From: Acidimicrobiia bacterium
Lineage (GTDB): Bacteria; Actinomycetota; Acidimicrobiia; IMCC26256; JACDBD01
Reading direction: 5' to 3'
DNA length: 64,000 nt
Assembly (NCBI GenBank): GCA_035938395.1
Contig: DASZGY010000080.1
Coordinates: 1,188-65,187 of the forward strand
The notes below the pieces were generated by a model. That model was not told the origin of the DNA. It searched no databases and worked only from the letters and a program-made list of their open reading frames with translations. Position 1 is the first letter of the stretch. Each line of letters begins with the position of its first letter. Shown one piece after another: positions 45,702 to 54,122 of this stretch. The position numbers and the translations under genes were made by a program.

Positions 45702-46484
45702 TCACTCGCTGTCGTATTCGTCGTGCCGACGGAACCAGTTCAGCGGGTCGTCCGGGGCGCGCGCCTCGTTTCGCCCTCGCGGGGTCCGGTCGAGCCACTG
45801 GTACATACCCCAGAGACCGTCCAGCCCGCGCGCGTAGGCCGAGTAAGTGTGGTACACGACGCCATCGTCGAGCGCGAACGCGCTCATACCCGGACGCTCC
45901 CGCGTGTACGTGAGCCAGTCCGTACCGACCCCGGCTGCCCATTCGGCGAACGGCCCCTCCTTGCCCGCATCGGACGGCGTCGCATCCATCGGGCGGAAGT
46001 TGTACTCGCCACCGCCGGACTGCTGCTGCTCGACCGTGTGCGACACCTGGAAGTCGTAGTTGAAGTCACCGCCGAACGAGGACGCCCATGGGAAGCTCCA
46101 TCCCATCCTCCGCTTGTACGCCTGCAGCTTCGCCAGCGGGGCTCGCGACACCGCGCAGAGGGAGACGTCATGATTCGCGAGGTGGACGACAAAACCGTCG
46201 AAGCCGTCCGCGATCGCCGAACAAGCGGGACAGCCGGCCGTGTAGTCCGGCCCGAACATGAAGTGATAGACGAGGAGCTGCGAACGCGCTCTGAAGAGAT
46301 CTGCGAGCGAGGCGCTTCCCTCGTCGGTCTCGAACCGGTACTCCTTGTCGACCGGGACCGAGGGCAGCTCGCGTCGCTGCTGCGCAAGCTCGTCGCCGAG
46401 CCTGGTGTGCTCCTTTTCGCGGACGAGCAGCTGCTCGCGTGCGGCGAGCCATTCTTCACGTGTTCCGATCTTGCGATCCGTCAT
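45702..46484 (-). CDS. DUF899 thioredoxin-like protein
   Basis: LLVYHFMFGPDYTAGCPACS motif and the YNF/WGMYQWLD pattern typical of DUF899. Trimmed to ATG 46484, with GGAAGGA upstream. Confidence 0.8.
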   Translation of the reverse strand: MTDRKIGTREEWLAAREQLLVREKEHTRLGDELAQQRRELPSVPVDKEYRFETDEGSASLADLFRARSQLLVYHFMFGPDYTAGCPACSAIADGFDGFVVHLANHDVSLCAVSRAPLAKLQAYKRRMGWSFPWASSFGGDFNYDFQVSHTVEQQQSGGGEYNFRPMDATPSDAGKEGPFAEWAAGVGTDWLTYTRERPGMSAFALDDGVVYHTYSAYARGLDGLWGMYQWLDRTPRGRNEARAPDDPLNWFRRHDEYDSE

Positions 46485-46549
46485 TGTTTCCGTCCTTCCT
46501 CGACTGGCGAACACTTGCTCCCTTCGCCCGACCCGTACGCTGTCAAGCC

Positions 46550-47041
46550 ATGGCGAGTCGCGAAGGCGCAGGACCGCTGCCGGTCGGAACCTGGGCCCCT
46601 GACTTCGAGCTTTCCTCGGGTCCCGATCAGACGGTCTCGCTCGTCGAGCTCCGGGGTCGGCCCGTGATCCTCGCCTTCTATCCGGCCGACTGGAGCCCGG
46701 TCTGCTCGGACCAGCTGGCTCTCTACCAAGCGGTGCTCCCCGAGTTCCAGCAATTCGACGCTGAACTCCTGGGTATCTCTGTCGACGGGATCTGGTGTCA
46801 CGTCGCCTTCGCACGGGACCGGAACCTGTCGTTCCGTCTGCTGGCCGACTTTGAGCCCAAAGGTGACGTGGCTCGGGCTTATCACGCCTATCGAGCGGCG
46901 GACGGTACGAGCGAGCGGGCACTGTACGTGATCGATGCCGACGGCATCGTGCGCTGGAGCTACGTCTCACCCGTGGACGTCAACCCGGGCGCGGACGGGA
47001 TCCTGCGCGCGCTGGAAAGCATCGAGAAGGAGAGTGCCTGA
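46550..47041 (+). CDS. peroxiredoxin (AhpC/TSA-redoxin family)
   Basis: Peroxidatic Cys context FYPADWSPVCSDQL. Thioredoxin fold. ATG 46550. Confidence 0.85.
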   Translation: MASREGAGPLPVGTWAPDFELSSGPDQTVSLVELRGRPVILAFYPADWSPVCSDQLALYQAVLPEFQQFDAELLGISVDGIWCHVAFARDRNLSFRLLADFEPKGDVARAYHAYRAADGTSERALYVIDADGIVRWSYVSPVDVNPGADGILRALESIEKESA

Positions 47042-47596
47042 ATGAGCGCAACGCAGTGGGAGGCCGTCCTCACCTCGCCGGTCACCGAAGGCCGGGACCA
47101 CATCCAGGGGCCGGCAGACGCGCCGCTGACACTCGTCGAGTACGGCGACTACGAGTGTCCCTACTGCGGCGCCGCGTACCCCATCGTCAAGGAGGTTCAG
47201 GCCCGGATGGGAGATCAGCTCCGATTCGTGTTCCGCAACTTCCCGATCAGCACCTCGCATCCGCATGCCGAACACGCCGCCGAGGCCGCCGAAGCGGCGA
47301 GCGCCCAGAGCCGCTTCTGGCCCATGCATGACATGCTCTTCGAGAACCAGCAGCGCCTCGGAGACCAAGACCTTCACGCGTACGCCGAGCGGCTCGGACT
47401 CGACCTCGAGCAGTTCGATCACGAGCTCGCCGAGCACGTTCACGCGGAGAGGGTCCACGATGACTTCCTGAGTGGCGTGCGCAGCGGCGTCAATGGCACC
47501 CCGAGCTTCTACATCAACGGAGCCCGGCACGACGGGTCATTCGACACTGAGACGTTGCTCGCCGCTCTGCAACGGGCGACAGCATCGGACCGATAG
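47042..47596 (+). CDS. DsbA-family thiol:disulfide oxidoreductase (no signal peptide)
   Basis: CPYC active site (YGDYECPYCG) and GTPSFYING cis-Pro loop region. The ATG follows the peroxiredoxin TGA directly. Confidence 0.85.
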   Translation: MSATQWEAVLTSPVTEGRDHIQGPADAPLTLVEYGDYECPYCGAAYPIVKEVQARMGDQLRFVFRNFPISTSHPHAEHAAEAAEAASAQSRFWPMHDMLFENQQRLGDQDLHAYAERLGLDLEQFDHELAEHVHAERVHDDFLSGVRSGVNGTPSFYINGARHDGSFDTETLLAALQRATASDR

Positions 47597-47618
47597 AACC
47601 AGCCCGACTGACCTGCAC

Positions 47619-48221
47619 CTAGTTCGGTCCGGCGAGGCGAACGAGGTTCACACCGGACAGCGGGCCGCCGACCTGTTGCATGCCGCCCCCGGTTCTGAGC
47701 TCGCCGAGATCGATGACGAAGAAGCCCGCGTCCTGGAACAGGGGGATCACTTGGGACTTCGCATCGCTGTCGTCGCCGGAGAGAAACAGCACGCGCTGAC
47801 CGCCAGCCTCGTGTGGATCTGAGCCGAGCAGCCCCGCGACGAGTGTGTTGGCCGCTTTGACCACAGGCGCGCCAACGAGGTCGGCGACGACCTCGCTCGA
47901 CGTCCTCCCCTCGAGATCGCTGGGATCGAAATCGTTCGTGGCGTCGACCACGATCTGACCGTTCCATGCCAGTCCCTCGACGGCGTCGGGGACGCGGTCC
48001 CACGGCACCGCGATGACGACGATGTCGGCTGCCAACGCCTGGTCCACCGTCCCTGCCGATGCCCCCTCGCCGAGCTCCGAGACCACCGACGTCAGCGACT
48101 CAGGGCCGCGGCTGTTGGCGATCACGACCGAGCGGCCGGCGCGCAGCGCGGTCCGCGCCATCGCCTGCCCGAGCCGGCCGGCGCCGATGATCCCAACACG
48201 GTTGCGGTCCGCTGAGTCCAT
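47619..48221 (-). CDS. NADP oxidoreductase, coenzyme F420-dependent family (Npd-like)
   Basis: N-terminal Rossmann motif VGIIGAGRLGQAMA. The roughly 200-aa size and overall pattern match NADPH-dependent F420 reductases. Confidence 0.75.
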   Translation of the reverse strand: MDSADRNRVGIIGAGRLGQAMARTALRAGRSVVIANSRGPESLTSVVSELGEGASAGTVDQALAADIVVIAVPWDRVPDAVEGLAWNGQIVVDATNDFDPSDLEGRTSSEVVADLVGAPVVKAANTLVAGLLGSDPHEAGGQRVLFLSGDDSDAKSQVIPLFQDAGFFVIDLGELRTGGGMQQVGGPLSGVNLVRLAGPN

Positions 48222-48868
48222 CAGGTTCCTCCGTCGTATTCGGACGCGAACAGGTAGCTCACCGCGAGGCTCCGATACGGCCGCCAGCGCTCGGCGAGCT
48301 GGACCATCTCCTCTTCGGTCGGAAGGTGGTCGAATCCGTAGAGCCGTTCAATCGCCCGCCGCAGTGCGAGGTCGCCGGGCAGGAAGACGTCGGGCCGATC
48401 GAGCGCCACGAGCAGGAACCCGTGCGCCGACCAGGGCCCGATGCCCGGGACTTCGGTCAGGGCAGCCTCGACCTCGTCGTCCGTCATGCGCGACAGGGCC
48501 TCGTCGCTGAGGCGACCGTCGACGAACCGTTCCGCCAGCGCCCGTAGCGTCTCCCCCTTTCGGACAGAGAGGCCGCTGGCGCGAGCGACGTGCGGGTCCG
48601 CTGCGAGCAGCTCGGCCGCGGTCGGCAGTCGTCCTCCGAAGTGGTCCTCGAGACGGGACACGATCGTCCGCGTTGCCTGGACCGAGAGCTGTTGTCCGGC
48701 GACCTGGAAGATCAGCGTCCCGAAGGCATCGAGGGGCGGAAGCTCGTCGAGCCAGGCCCGCGGACGGAAGTCGGGCCGCGCATCGATCAGCCGCCGCAGC
48801 ACGGGGTCCGCGTTCCGGAGAAACGCCCGCGCCTTCGGATCGGCGACCGCTGCTCCGGTGGAGGTCAT
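48221..48868 (-). CDS. HhH-GPD DNA glycosylase (short AlkA/3-methyladenine glycosylase II-like)
   Basis: Helix-hairpin-helix VPGIGPWSAHGFLL and catalytic Asp context FLPGDLALRRA. Its stop overlaps the Npd ATG by 1 nt (TGATG). Trimmed to ATG 48868. Confidence 0.8.
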   Translation of the reverse strand: MTSTGAAVADPKARAFLRNADPVLRRLIDARPDFRPRAWLDELPPLDAFGTLIFQVAGQQLSVQATRTIVSRLEDHFGGRLPTAAELLAADPHVARASGLSVRKGETLRALAERFVDGRLSDEALSRMTDDEVEAALTEVPGIGPWSAHGFLLVALDRPDVFLPGDLALRRAIERLYGFDHLPTEEEMVQLAERWRPYRSLAVSYLFASEYDGGT

Positions 48869-49110
48869 TCCTGGAGCGGGCCTTCGGTCAGCGCGATCTC
48901 GACGATTCCGGGCACCGTCTCCGGGCGCGCGTCGACGACGGGAGAGGCCTCGTAGCCCTCGCGGACGGCGTCGAGCGCAGGAAAGGCCATGCAGATCTCC
49001 GTCCACAGGGCACAGAGGATGAGCTTTCACCGGCCGCTCGCGCGAACGGCCCGGAGGAGTCACTGTAAGGGCGACCCACGGACTTGTCACGGGCTTGGAC
49101 TGCGCTCCCG
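48865..49110 (-). pseudogene. truncated, frameshifted isochorismatase-family remnant (paralogue of 53292..53912)
   Basis: One minus-strand frame reads KLILCALWTEICMAFPALDAVREGYEASPVVDA, against KLIMTALWTEICLTFPTLDALRDGFEIYPVVDA in the intact paralogue (21 of 33 identical by eye). The preceding ...GPFARAAGES is in another frame, which implies a frameshift. The N-terminal roughly 100 aa and the C-terminus are missing. The upper boundary is approximate. Confidence 0.6.
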
Positions 49111-49171
49111 GCCGGCACAGGACGGAAACGGCCGCCCGGGTCACGAACAAACGCGCGTCGCGGGTTCTGAT

Positions 49172-50116
49172 TCACAACGTGATGACCGTCTTGCCGCCCT
49201 GGTGAGTGCCTCCGCCGCTCATCGCAGCAGGTACGTCGTCCAGCTTGATGGTGGTGATGGGTGGTACGGCAATGCGGCCGGCGGCGACGGCGTCGGCGAC
49301 CTGTCCGAGCACCTCGGGCGAGCACTGATATGCGAAATTGACTCCGGTGACGCCCCGCGCGGACAGTTCCTCCGTGTCGGCGACGTATCGGGTCGTGACC
49401 GCGCTCCCGCCGGAACGGATGAGGGAGGAAAGCGCCGCAAACTCGTCCGCGTCGCTGGCGACGTCGATGAGCACATCGATCCCGTCGGGATGCGCACGTC
49501 GAACGGTGTCGGTGACTGACACCGCGGAGTAGTCGATCATCTCGTCAGCGCCGTAGCTGCGCATGCGGTCGGTCTCGCTGCCGCGCGCGTCGGCGATGAC
49601 CTGCGCGTCGGCGCTCACGGCGAACTGCGTGGCGAACGAGCCGACGCCACCACCAGCACCCACGATGAGCGCGGTCTTGTCCGATAGCGGCTCGAGAGAC
49701 GTCACCATCTTGAGAGCCGTACCACCGGGCGTCGGCAAGGTTGCCGCGACCGCGGCGTCGAAACCGTTCGGCAGCTTCGCCAGTGGCGCGTCTTCGGTCA
49801 CCGCCACGTACTCGGCGTACGTGCCGGTCGATCCGAGCGGCGGGATCAGCAACTGGCCGAAGACCTCGTCGGCCGGAGCGAACTTCGCCGTTCCCTCGCC
49901 CACGGATTCGACCACGCCCGCGAAATCGGCGCCGAGCACGAGCGGAAAGGTGCCGGGCACCCGATCTTTCCAGACGCCGTCGGAGATCTGGCGGTCACCG
50001 GGGTTCATACCCGCGGTCCGGACCTTGATCAGGATCTCACGCGGCCCTGGCTGCGGCTTGGGAAGTTCGACCAAGGCTGGACTGGCTCCGTATTCGTTCA
50101 CTGCGATCGCATGCAT
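49172..50116 (-). CDS. MDR-family NADPH:quinone oxidoreductase-like protein
   Basis: GroES-like N-terminal domain and cofactor motif VGAGGGVGSFATQFA. Confidence 0.85.
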   Translation of the reverse strand: MHAIAVNEYGASPALVELPKPQPGPREILIKVRTAGMNPGDRQISDGVWKDRVPGTFPLVLGADFAGVVESVGEGTAKFAPADEVFGQLLIPPLGSTGTYAEYVAVTEDAPLAKLPNGFDAAVAATLPTPGGTALKMVTSLEPLSDKTALIVGAGGGVGSFATQFAVSADAQVIADARGSETDRMRSYGADEMIDYSAVSVTDTVRRAHPDGIDVLIDVASDADEFAALSSLIRSGGSAVTTRYVADTEELSARGVTGVNFAYQCSPEVLGQVADAVAAGRIAVPPITTIKLDDVPAAMSGGGTHQGGKTVITL

Positions 50117-50223
50117 TGCAACCTCCTTGTGGGTGTGCGGGCCGCCGATCTGTCAGTGACCGATGCCATGGTGCGTTTCCTTCGAGGATGGGTTGGCCCT
50201 TGCTGCCGAGGGAGATCGTCCGA

Positions 50224-50260
50224 GTTTTCGCTCGTGTTGGCATCCAAGGAATCCACAGTC
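50224..50260 (-). promoter_or_regulatory. conserved 20-bp element + N11 + GAAAAC, copy 1 (upstream of MDR gene 49172..50116)
   Basis: The minus strand reads GACTGTGGATTCCTTGGATG-N11-GAAAAC. The 20-mer is identical to 53214-53233 on the plus strand. Confidence 0.6.
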
Positions 50261-50360
50261 GCGACAACGCGCTTCTCATCGAACTCGACGTCCGCGTGGC
50301 GAATCGACTGTGCACAACGGCCACAGGGAATTGCCGCCGGTCGGACTACCGTACCGATGC

Positions 50361-53120
50361 GTGGACCTGGTCGGTAACGCTCGGCCCGCCCTCCTCGGTC
50401 GAGAGATGGAGCGCGCCACGCTCGATGAGCTGCTCGACGATGCGCGTAATGGCCGGGGCGAGGCAATCGTCGTCTACGGCGAGCCCGGCATCGGCAAGAC
50501 CGCGCTCTTGGAGTACATGATCGCGAGCGCGGGCGACTTCAAGGCGTTGCGCACCGTCGGCAACGAGGCCGAACGCGAGCTTCCATTCGCGGCGTTGCAG
50601 CAGCTTTGCGCGCCTGGTCTCACGGAGTTGTCGCAACTGCCCGAGCCGCAGCGCGAAGCGCTCAGCGTCACGTTCGGGCTTGTGTCCGGCGCACCGCCCG
50701 ATCGCCTGCTCCTGAGCCTGGCCGTGCTGAGCTTGTTGTCGCAGCTCGCCGGCGAGCAACCTCTCCTGTGCGCTGTCGACGACACGCAGTGGCTCGACCG
50801 GGAATCCGCACAGGCGTTGGCCTTCGTCTCCCGGCGGCTGGCAACCGAGCCGATTGCGTTCGCGTTCGGAAGTCGAACGATCACTGATGAGATTCGCGGG
50901 CTGCGGACAATCGAGGTCGCTGAATTAGACCGTGCCGCTTCGTTCGCGCTGCTTCGCTCGGTGCTTCCTGATCGCGTGGACGACACCGTGCTGGAGCGCG
51001 TCGTCGCTGAGGCGCGCGGGAACCCACTCGCCTTGCTCGAGCTGCCGCGGGGCTTGGCCTCGGGGAAGCTCTACGGAGGATTCGCGCTTCCCGTCTCCGT
51101 TCCGATGGCTGACCGTCTCGAGGAGAGCTTCCGCAGACGACTCGCCGGTCTGCCATCGCTATCCCGTCGCCTTCTGCTCGTCTCGGCGGCCGAACCGACG
51201 GGCGATCCCGCGCTTGTGTGGCGCGCGGCTGCGCAAGTCGGTGTCACCAGTTCCGCGGCAGAAGCGGTTGCAAATGAAGGCCTCCTGGACATGAACACGA
51301 AGGTCACATTCCGGCACCCGCTTGTACGGTCCGCTATCTACCATGCGGCGACACCCGAGGAACAACGCGACGCGCATCGCGCGCTTGCGGCGGCCACGGA
51401 TCCTGCACTCGACCCCGACCGCCGCGCTTGGCACCTCGCGCAGGCCGCGTCACATCCCGACGACGATGTCGCTGCAGAGTTGGAGCGCTCGGCCGGGCGT
51501 GCGCAAGCACGCGGCGGTTTGGCCGCGGCGGCCGCGTTCTTGGCGCGGTCCACCGAGTTGACCGTGGAGCCGGCGCTGCGCGCAAGCCGGGCGCTTGTCG
51601 CCGCGGAAGCGAAACGCCAGGCCGGAGCACTCGACGACGCACTGGCGCTGGCCGCGATCGCTGAGCGCGGGCCGTTGGACGACTCGCAGCGAGCGCAGCT
51701 CGACGTTCTTCGCGCTCGCGTTTCGTTCGGATCAGACCGTGGAAGTGATGCGCCGACATTATTGCTGGGGGCCGCGCAACGACTGGAGCCGATCGACCCG
51801 AGCGAGGCGCGCAACACGTACCTCGACGCGATCACGGCCGCGCTTTTTGCCAGCAAGCTCGCGGGGAAAAGCAACGCTCGTGAGGTCGCGAAGCTCGCGC
51901 TGGCAGCGCCGCGTCGTGCAGGAACTCCGCGCGCCGTCGACGACCTGCTCGACGGCCTGGCGCTGATGATCACCAAAGGGCCAACGACCGGCACGCCGGT
52001 CTTACAACAGGCAGTGGACGCGTTCTGCGGTTTCGACGTCAGCGACGAAGAACGCCTGCGTTGGTCGTGGCTCGCCGGTCGAATGGCCGGGTTCATCTGG
52101 GACTACAACAGCTGGGACGTGCTCACCGCGAGCCAGGTCCAGCTCGCTCGCGACGCCGGGGCCCTGTCTGTCCTGCCCCTCACCTTGAGTATCCGCGCCT
52201 CCGTGCATCTCTTCGCCGGCGAGCTCGACGTCGCGGCGTCGCTGGTCGATCGCGTCGAAGCCATTGCGGATGCGACCGACACTCGCACGGCCCCATACGC
52301 GGCGATCACGGTCGCGGCGTTCCGCGGTCGGGAGGTCGACGCGCGGGAGCTGATCGACACGAGCGCGAAAGAGTTCGTGTCAAGGGGCGAGGGTATGGGT
52401 CTCACCGTCACGCAATGGGCCGGTGCCGTGTTGTACAACGGACTCGCGCGCTATAACGACGCGTTCTCCGCAGCAGAGGCAGCACTCGAGGACCCCGACG
52501 ACCTCGGGTTCTGGCCACTGGCGACGGTCGAATTCGTCGAGGCGGCGAGTCGGTCCGGACGCGCCGAGGCTGCGCGGCCGGCCCTCGACCGCCTCGAGGC
52601 AGCGACCTCGGCAAGTGGCGCGCCCTGGGGCGAGGCGATCGCCGCTCGATCGCGCGCGCTCCTGAGCGAAGGCGATGCCGCGGAGAGCCAATATCGCGAC
52701 GCAATTGATCGTTTGACTCCTACGGTATTGCGCCTTGACCTCGCCCGTACTCATCTGGTGTATGGCGAGTGGCTGCGCCGCGTTCGTCGCAACGTCGACG
52801 CCCGCGAGCAGCTGCGTAGCGCGCACGGGCTCTTCAGCGACTTCGGCATGGCAGCCTTCGCGGAACGAGCACGTGTCGAGCTGCGCGCAACCGGCGAGCA
52901 CGCGCGTACACGCTCCGTTGAGACAAGCAACCAGCTCACGCCACAAGAGGGACAAATCGCGCAGCTCGTCGCCGATGGTGCGACGAACAAAGAGATTGCA
53001 ACCCAGCTGTTCATTACGCCGCGCACCGTCGAATACCACCTACGCAAAGTCTTTCGCAAGGTCGGCGTGAGGTCCCGAACGCAGCTGGCCCGCCACGTCC
53101 TGGAGTCGAAGTCGCGGTGA
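50361..53120 (+). CDS. LAL-type regulator (AAA ATPase N-terminus, TPR-like middle, LuxR HTH C-terminus)
   Basis: Walker A YGEPGIGKTALLEY, a long helical repeat region, and C-terminal LTPQEGQIAQLVADGATNKEIATQLFITPRTVEYHLRKVFRKVGV. Start uncertain (GTG 50361 chosen; track start 50163). Confidence 0.85.
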   Translation: MDLVGNARPALLGREMERATLDELLDDARNGRGEAIVVYGEPGIGKTALLEYMIASAGDFKALRTVGNEAERELPFAALQQLCAPGLTELSQLPEPQREALSVTFGLVSGAPPDRLLLSLAVLSLLSQLAGEQPLLCAVDDTQWLDRESAQALAFVSRRLATEPIAFAFGSRTITDEIRGLRTIEVAELDRAASFALLRSVLPDRVDDTVLERVVAEARGNPLALLELPRGLASGKLYGGFALPVSVPMADRLEESFRRRLAGLPSLSRRLLLVSAAEPTGDPALVWRAAAQVGVTSSAAEAVANEGLLDMNTKVTFRHPLVRSAIYHAATPEEQRDAHRALAAATDPALDPDRRAWHLAQAASHPDDDVAAELERSAGRAQARGGLAAAAAFLARSTELTVEPALRASRALVAAEAKRQAGALDDALALAAIAERGPLDDSQRAQLDVLRARVSFGSDRGSDAPTLLLGAAQRLEPIDPSEARNTYLDAITAALFASKLAGKSNAREVAKLALAAPRRAGTPRAVDDLLDGLALMITKGPTTGTPVLQQAVDAFCGFDVSDEERLRWSWLAGRMAGFIWDYNSWDVLTASQVQLARDAGALSVLPLTLSIRASVHLFAGELDVAASLVDRVEAIADATDTRTAPYAAITVAAFRGREVDARELIDTSAKEFVSRGEGMGLTVTQWAGAVLYNGLARYNDAFSAAEAALEDPDDLGFWPLATVEFVEAASRSGRAEAARPALDRLEAATSASGAPWGEAIAARSRALLSEGDAAESQYRDAIDRLTPTVLRLDLARTHLVYGEWLRRVRRNVDAREQLRSAHGLFSDFGMAAFAERARVELRATGEHARTRSVETSNQLTPQEGQIAQLVADGATNKEIATQLFITPRTVEYHLRKVFRKVGVRSRTQLARHVLESKSR

Positions 53121-53213
53121 TCGCCGGCGGGCGGCGTAGGACGTCAACAGCGTTCTGATCGTCGAACGCGCGGTCAGACCAGTCTCACGCGCCGACTCGC
53201 CCTGTAGCTCCTG

Positions 53214-53250
53214 GACTGTGGATTCCTTGGATGCGACCGGTGAGGAAAAC
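53214..53250 (+). promoter_or_regulatory. conserved 20-bp element + N11 + GAAAAC, copy 2 (upstream of the isochorismatase gene)
   Basis: The plus strand reads GACTGTGGATTCCTTGGATG-N11-GAAAAC. It ends 42 nt upstream of the ATG at 53292. Confidence 0.6.
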
Positions 53251-53291
53251 GCGCACCCTGGTCGAGCACATCGCAATCCGTCCACTGGAGA

Positions 53292-53912
53292 ATGCAGATG
53301 ACGAGCGAGCCCATGCGCGATCCGGTAACCGACCACCTACTTACTCCGCGGAATGCCGCACTGGTCGTCATCGACTACCAGCCCGATCAGATGCAGGTGA
53401 TGACCTCGATGGATCGAGAGGTGTTGGTAGACAACATGGTGTCGGTCGCGCGCCTCGCCTCGACGTACGACCTCCCGGTCGTCCTGTCGACGGTCAACGC
53501 CGCGAACGGACAGGGGAACACGCTGCCCGAGATCAAGGCCGCGCTGCCGGACACGCCCGAAATCGACCGCACGACGATGAACGCCTGGGAGGACATCGAG
53601 TTCCGACAGGCCGTCGAAGCGACCGGCCGCAAGAAGCTCATCATGACCGCGCTATGGACCGAGATCTGTCTCACGTTCCCGACGCTCGATGCGTTGCGTG
53701 ACGGGTTCGAGATCTACCCGGTCGTTGACGCCGTCGGCGGGACGTCGCCCGAGGCGCACCGCGCCGGCCTCGAACGCATCGCGCAGGCCGGAGCACTACC
53801 GATCAGCTGGGTCGGACTCGCCGGCGAGCTGCAGCGCGACTGGGCGCGCGCGGACACCGTCGGCGAGCTCGTCGACATCGTGCTGACGACCCGCCTCCTC
53901 GCGGCCGCTTGA
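53292..53912 (+). CDS. isochorismatase-family cysteine hydrolase (YcaC-like)
   Basis: ALVVIDYQ (Asp) and ALWTEICL (nucleophile Cys) motifs. The ATG at 53298 has better SD spacing (GGAG 7 nt upstream) and may be the true start. Confidence 0.88.
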   Translation: MQMTSEPMRDPVTDHLLTPRNAALVVIDYQPDQMQVMTSMDREVLVDNMVSVARLASTYDLPVVLSTVNAANGQGNTLPEIKAALPDTPEIDRTTMNAWEDIEFRQAVEATGRKKLIMTALWTEICLTFPTLDALRDGFEIYPVVDAVGGTSPEAHRAGLERIAQAGALPISWVGLAGELQRDWARADTVGELVDIVLTTRLLAAA

Positions 53913-54122
53913 GCACGCAGGAATCGGAGCCATGGAGCTGAACGTGAACGGCTCAATCGTGCACGCCGATGGCGGGCACACGACGACGTTCACCGGCAAC
54001 CGAATCGGTCGGCTGTCACACCGCAAGTCCGGACGATTCAGGCCGAAGCCGGCGACGAACCCTTCGAGGTCTGAGCTCGTCGCCTTCGTGGTCTCTCGAC
54101 AAGCGACGCTTGGAGGATCGGC

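Noticed and set aside
50241-53233. The 20-bp perfect inverted repeats could be the terminal inverted repeats of a mobile element carrying the LAL gene.
   Set aside because: There are no flanking direct target-site duplications (left flank ...gtgttgg, right flank cgaccgg...), and no transposase or recombinase lies inside. Both copies sit in the same orientation and at promoter-like distance relative to paralogous operons, which fits a regulatory element better.
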